NCBI RefSeq assembly: GCF_018350175.1
Contig: NC_058383.1
Location: 31,868,001-31,932,000, forward strand
Source of the DNA: Felis catus
Taxonomy: Eukaryota
Length of the DNA: 64,000 nt
Direction: 5' to 3'
A program made the translations under genes and the position numbers. Position 1 is the first letter of the stretch; each line of letters begins with the position of its first letter. The notes under the pieces were generated by a model. The model had not been told where the DNA came from. It searched no databases and saw nothing but the letters and a program-made list of their open reading frames with translations. Below are positions 63,174 to 64,000 of the stretch, in pieces.

Positions 63174-63748
63174 GTGAGCCGGGCACTGGGCAAGGAAGCG
63201 GGAGGGAGAGGGGAAGACAGGACAGGAAAGGACGGCCGGGTGTCAGGCCGGCCTCGGGGGCCGCAGGATGGGGTCGCGGCCGCCACGCCCCTGGCCCCCG
63301 CCGGCCCCACCCTAGCAGCCCCCCGCGCGCGGGGTTCCTGCAGCGCAGCTTCTCTGCCTTGGTCCAAACCGCCCGGACGAGGCGCCAGTCCCCGGCCTGG
63401 CCAGCAGGCGGCGGCCGCGAGGCGGCGAGCCGAGGGCCCGGTGGCCGCAGTCGGGGCAGGTTGCTCTCCGCACCTCTCTCCACGCCCCCCTCTCTCACCC
63501 AAACTCTGAGCGACCTGGCGGCCGGACTCCGCCTCTGCCGGGCCCCCAACCGCCTGGAGGAGCTCCGCGGACGGGGAGGCCCGTTTGCTAGCTGAGCCCC
63601 CGGAGGCTCCCGGGGGCCGCGCCGACTCGCTCCTGCGCCCCTCGGCCCTTTCGGACGGGCCCGCCCCGACTCTCGGCTCACCGCCCGTGTCTCCCCCAGC
63701 GCACCCCCGGACGCTATGGCCCACCCCTCCGGCCGGCCCCGCGTGTAG
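63109..63748 (+). promoter_or_regulatory. Spliced upstream ORF in the SOCS1 5'UTR (63109-63173 + 63700-63748; 37 aa)
   Basis: [40 protein letters not shown]; second in-frame ATG at 63716; the stop ends 1 nt before the SOCS1 ATG. Confidence 0.8.
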
Positions 63749-63749
63749 G

Positions 63750-64000
63750 ATGGTAGCACACAACCAGGTGGCAGCCGACAATGCAATCTCCACGGCAGCA
63801 GAGTCCCGACGGCGGCCAGAGCCTTCCTCGTCCTCGTCCCCGCCCTCGCCCTCGGCGGCGCCCGCGGTCCCCGCGCGCCCGCGGCCCTGCCCGGCGGCCC
63901 CGGCCCCGGCCCCCGGCGACACGCACTTCCGCACGTTCCGCTCTCACGCCGAGTACCGGCGCATCACCCGAGCCAGCGCGCTGCTCGACGCCTGCGGCTT
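63750..64000 (+). CDS. SOCS1: Suppressor of cytokine signaling 1 (5' part; continues beyond the window)
   Basis: [83 protein letters not shown]..., including the kinase-inhibitory region HFRTFRSH and the start of the ESS/SH2. Confidence 0.98.
   Translation, partial: MVAHNQVAADNAISTAAESRRRPEPSSSSSPPSPSAAPAVPARPRPCPAAPAPAPGDTHFRTFRSHAEYRRITRASALLDACG

Noticed and set aside
62816-63934. 372-aa and 253-aa antisense ORFs over SOCS1
   Set aside because: Shadow ORFs in a very GC-rich CpG island where stops are rare; low-complexity G/A/R/P composition; non-ATG starts.

Overview
Mammalian genomic DNA, almost certainly felid: it carries abundant Felidae-type CAN-SINEs (SINEC_Fc-like) and a cat-type PRM1 protein. 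The window is syntenic with human 16p13.13. Gene order: RMI2 (minus strand, 2 coding exons, 154 aa), then about 40 kb of repeat-rich intergenic DNA, then the spermatid chromatin cluster PRM1 (50 aa), PRM2 (about 100 aa), PRM3 (97 aa) and TNP2 (123 aa), all on the plus strand, then the SOCS1 promoter, non-coding exon 1, a spliced uORF and the 5' part of the SOCS1 CDS, which runs off the window end. The intergenic stretch holds a 7.8-kb LTR-internal-LTR ERV1-type provirus with a tRNA-Ser PBS, a solo LTR of the same family, nested SINEs, MLT1/MER/L1 fragments and two assembly gaps. The most notable unexplained structure lies between TNP2 and SOCS1: a TATA box followed by a chain of exon-like segments with good splice signals. 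Joined to SOCS1 exon 2, they give either a SOCS1 protein extended by 60 aa at the N terminus or a long ORF in the uORF frame. This is a hand-built hypothesis that needs RNA evidence. Gene and repeat family identities come from recall, not from database searches. Most ORFs in the supplied track are GC-rich or SINE-derived noise.
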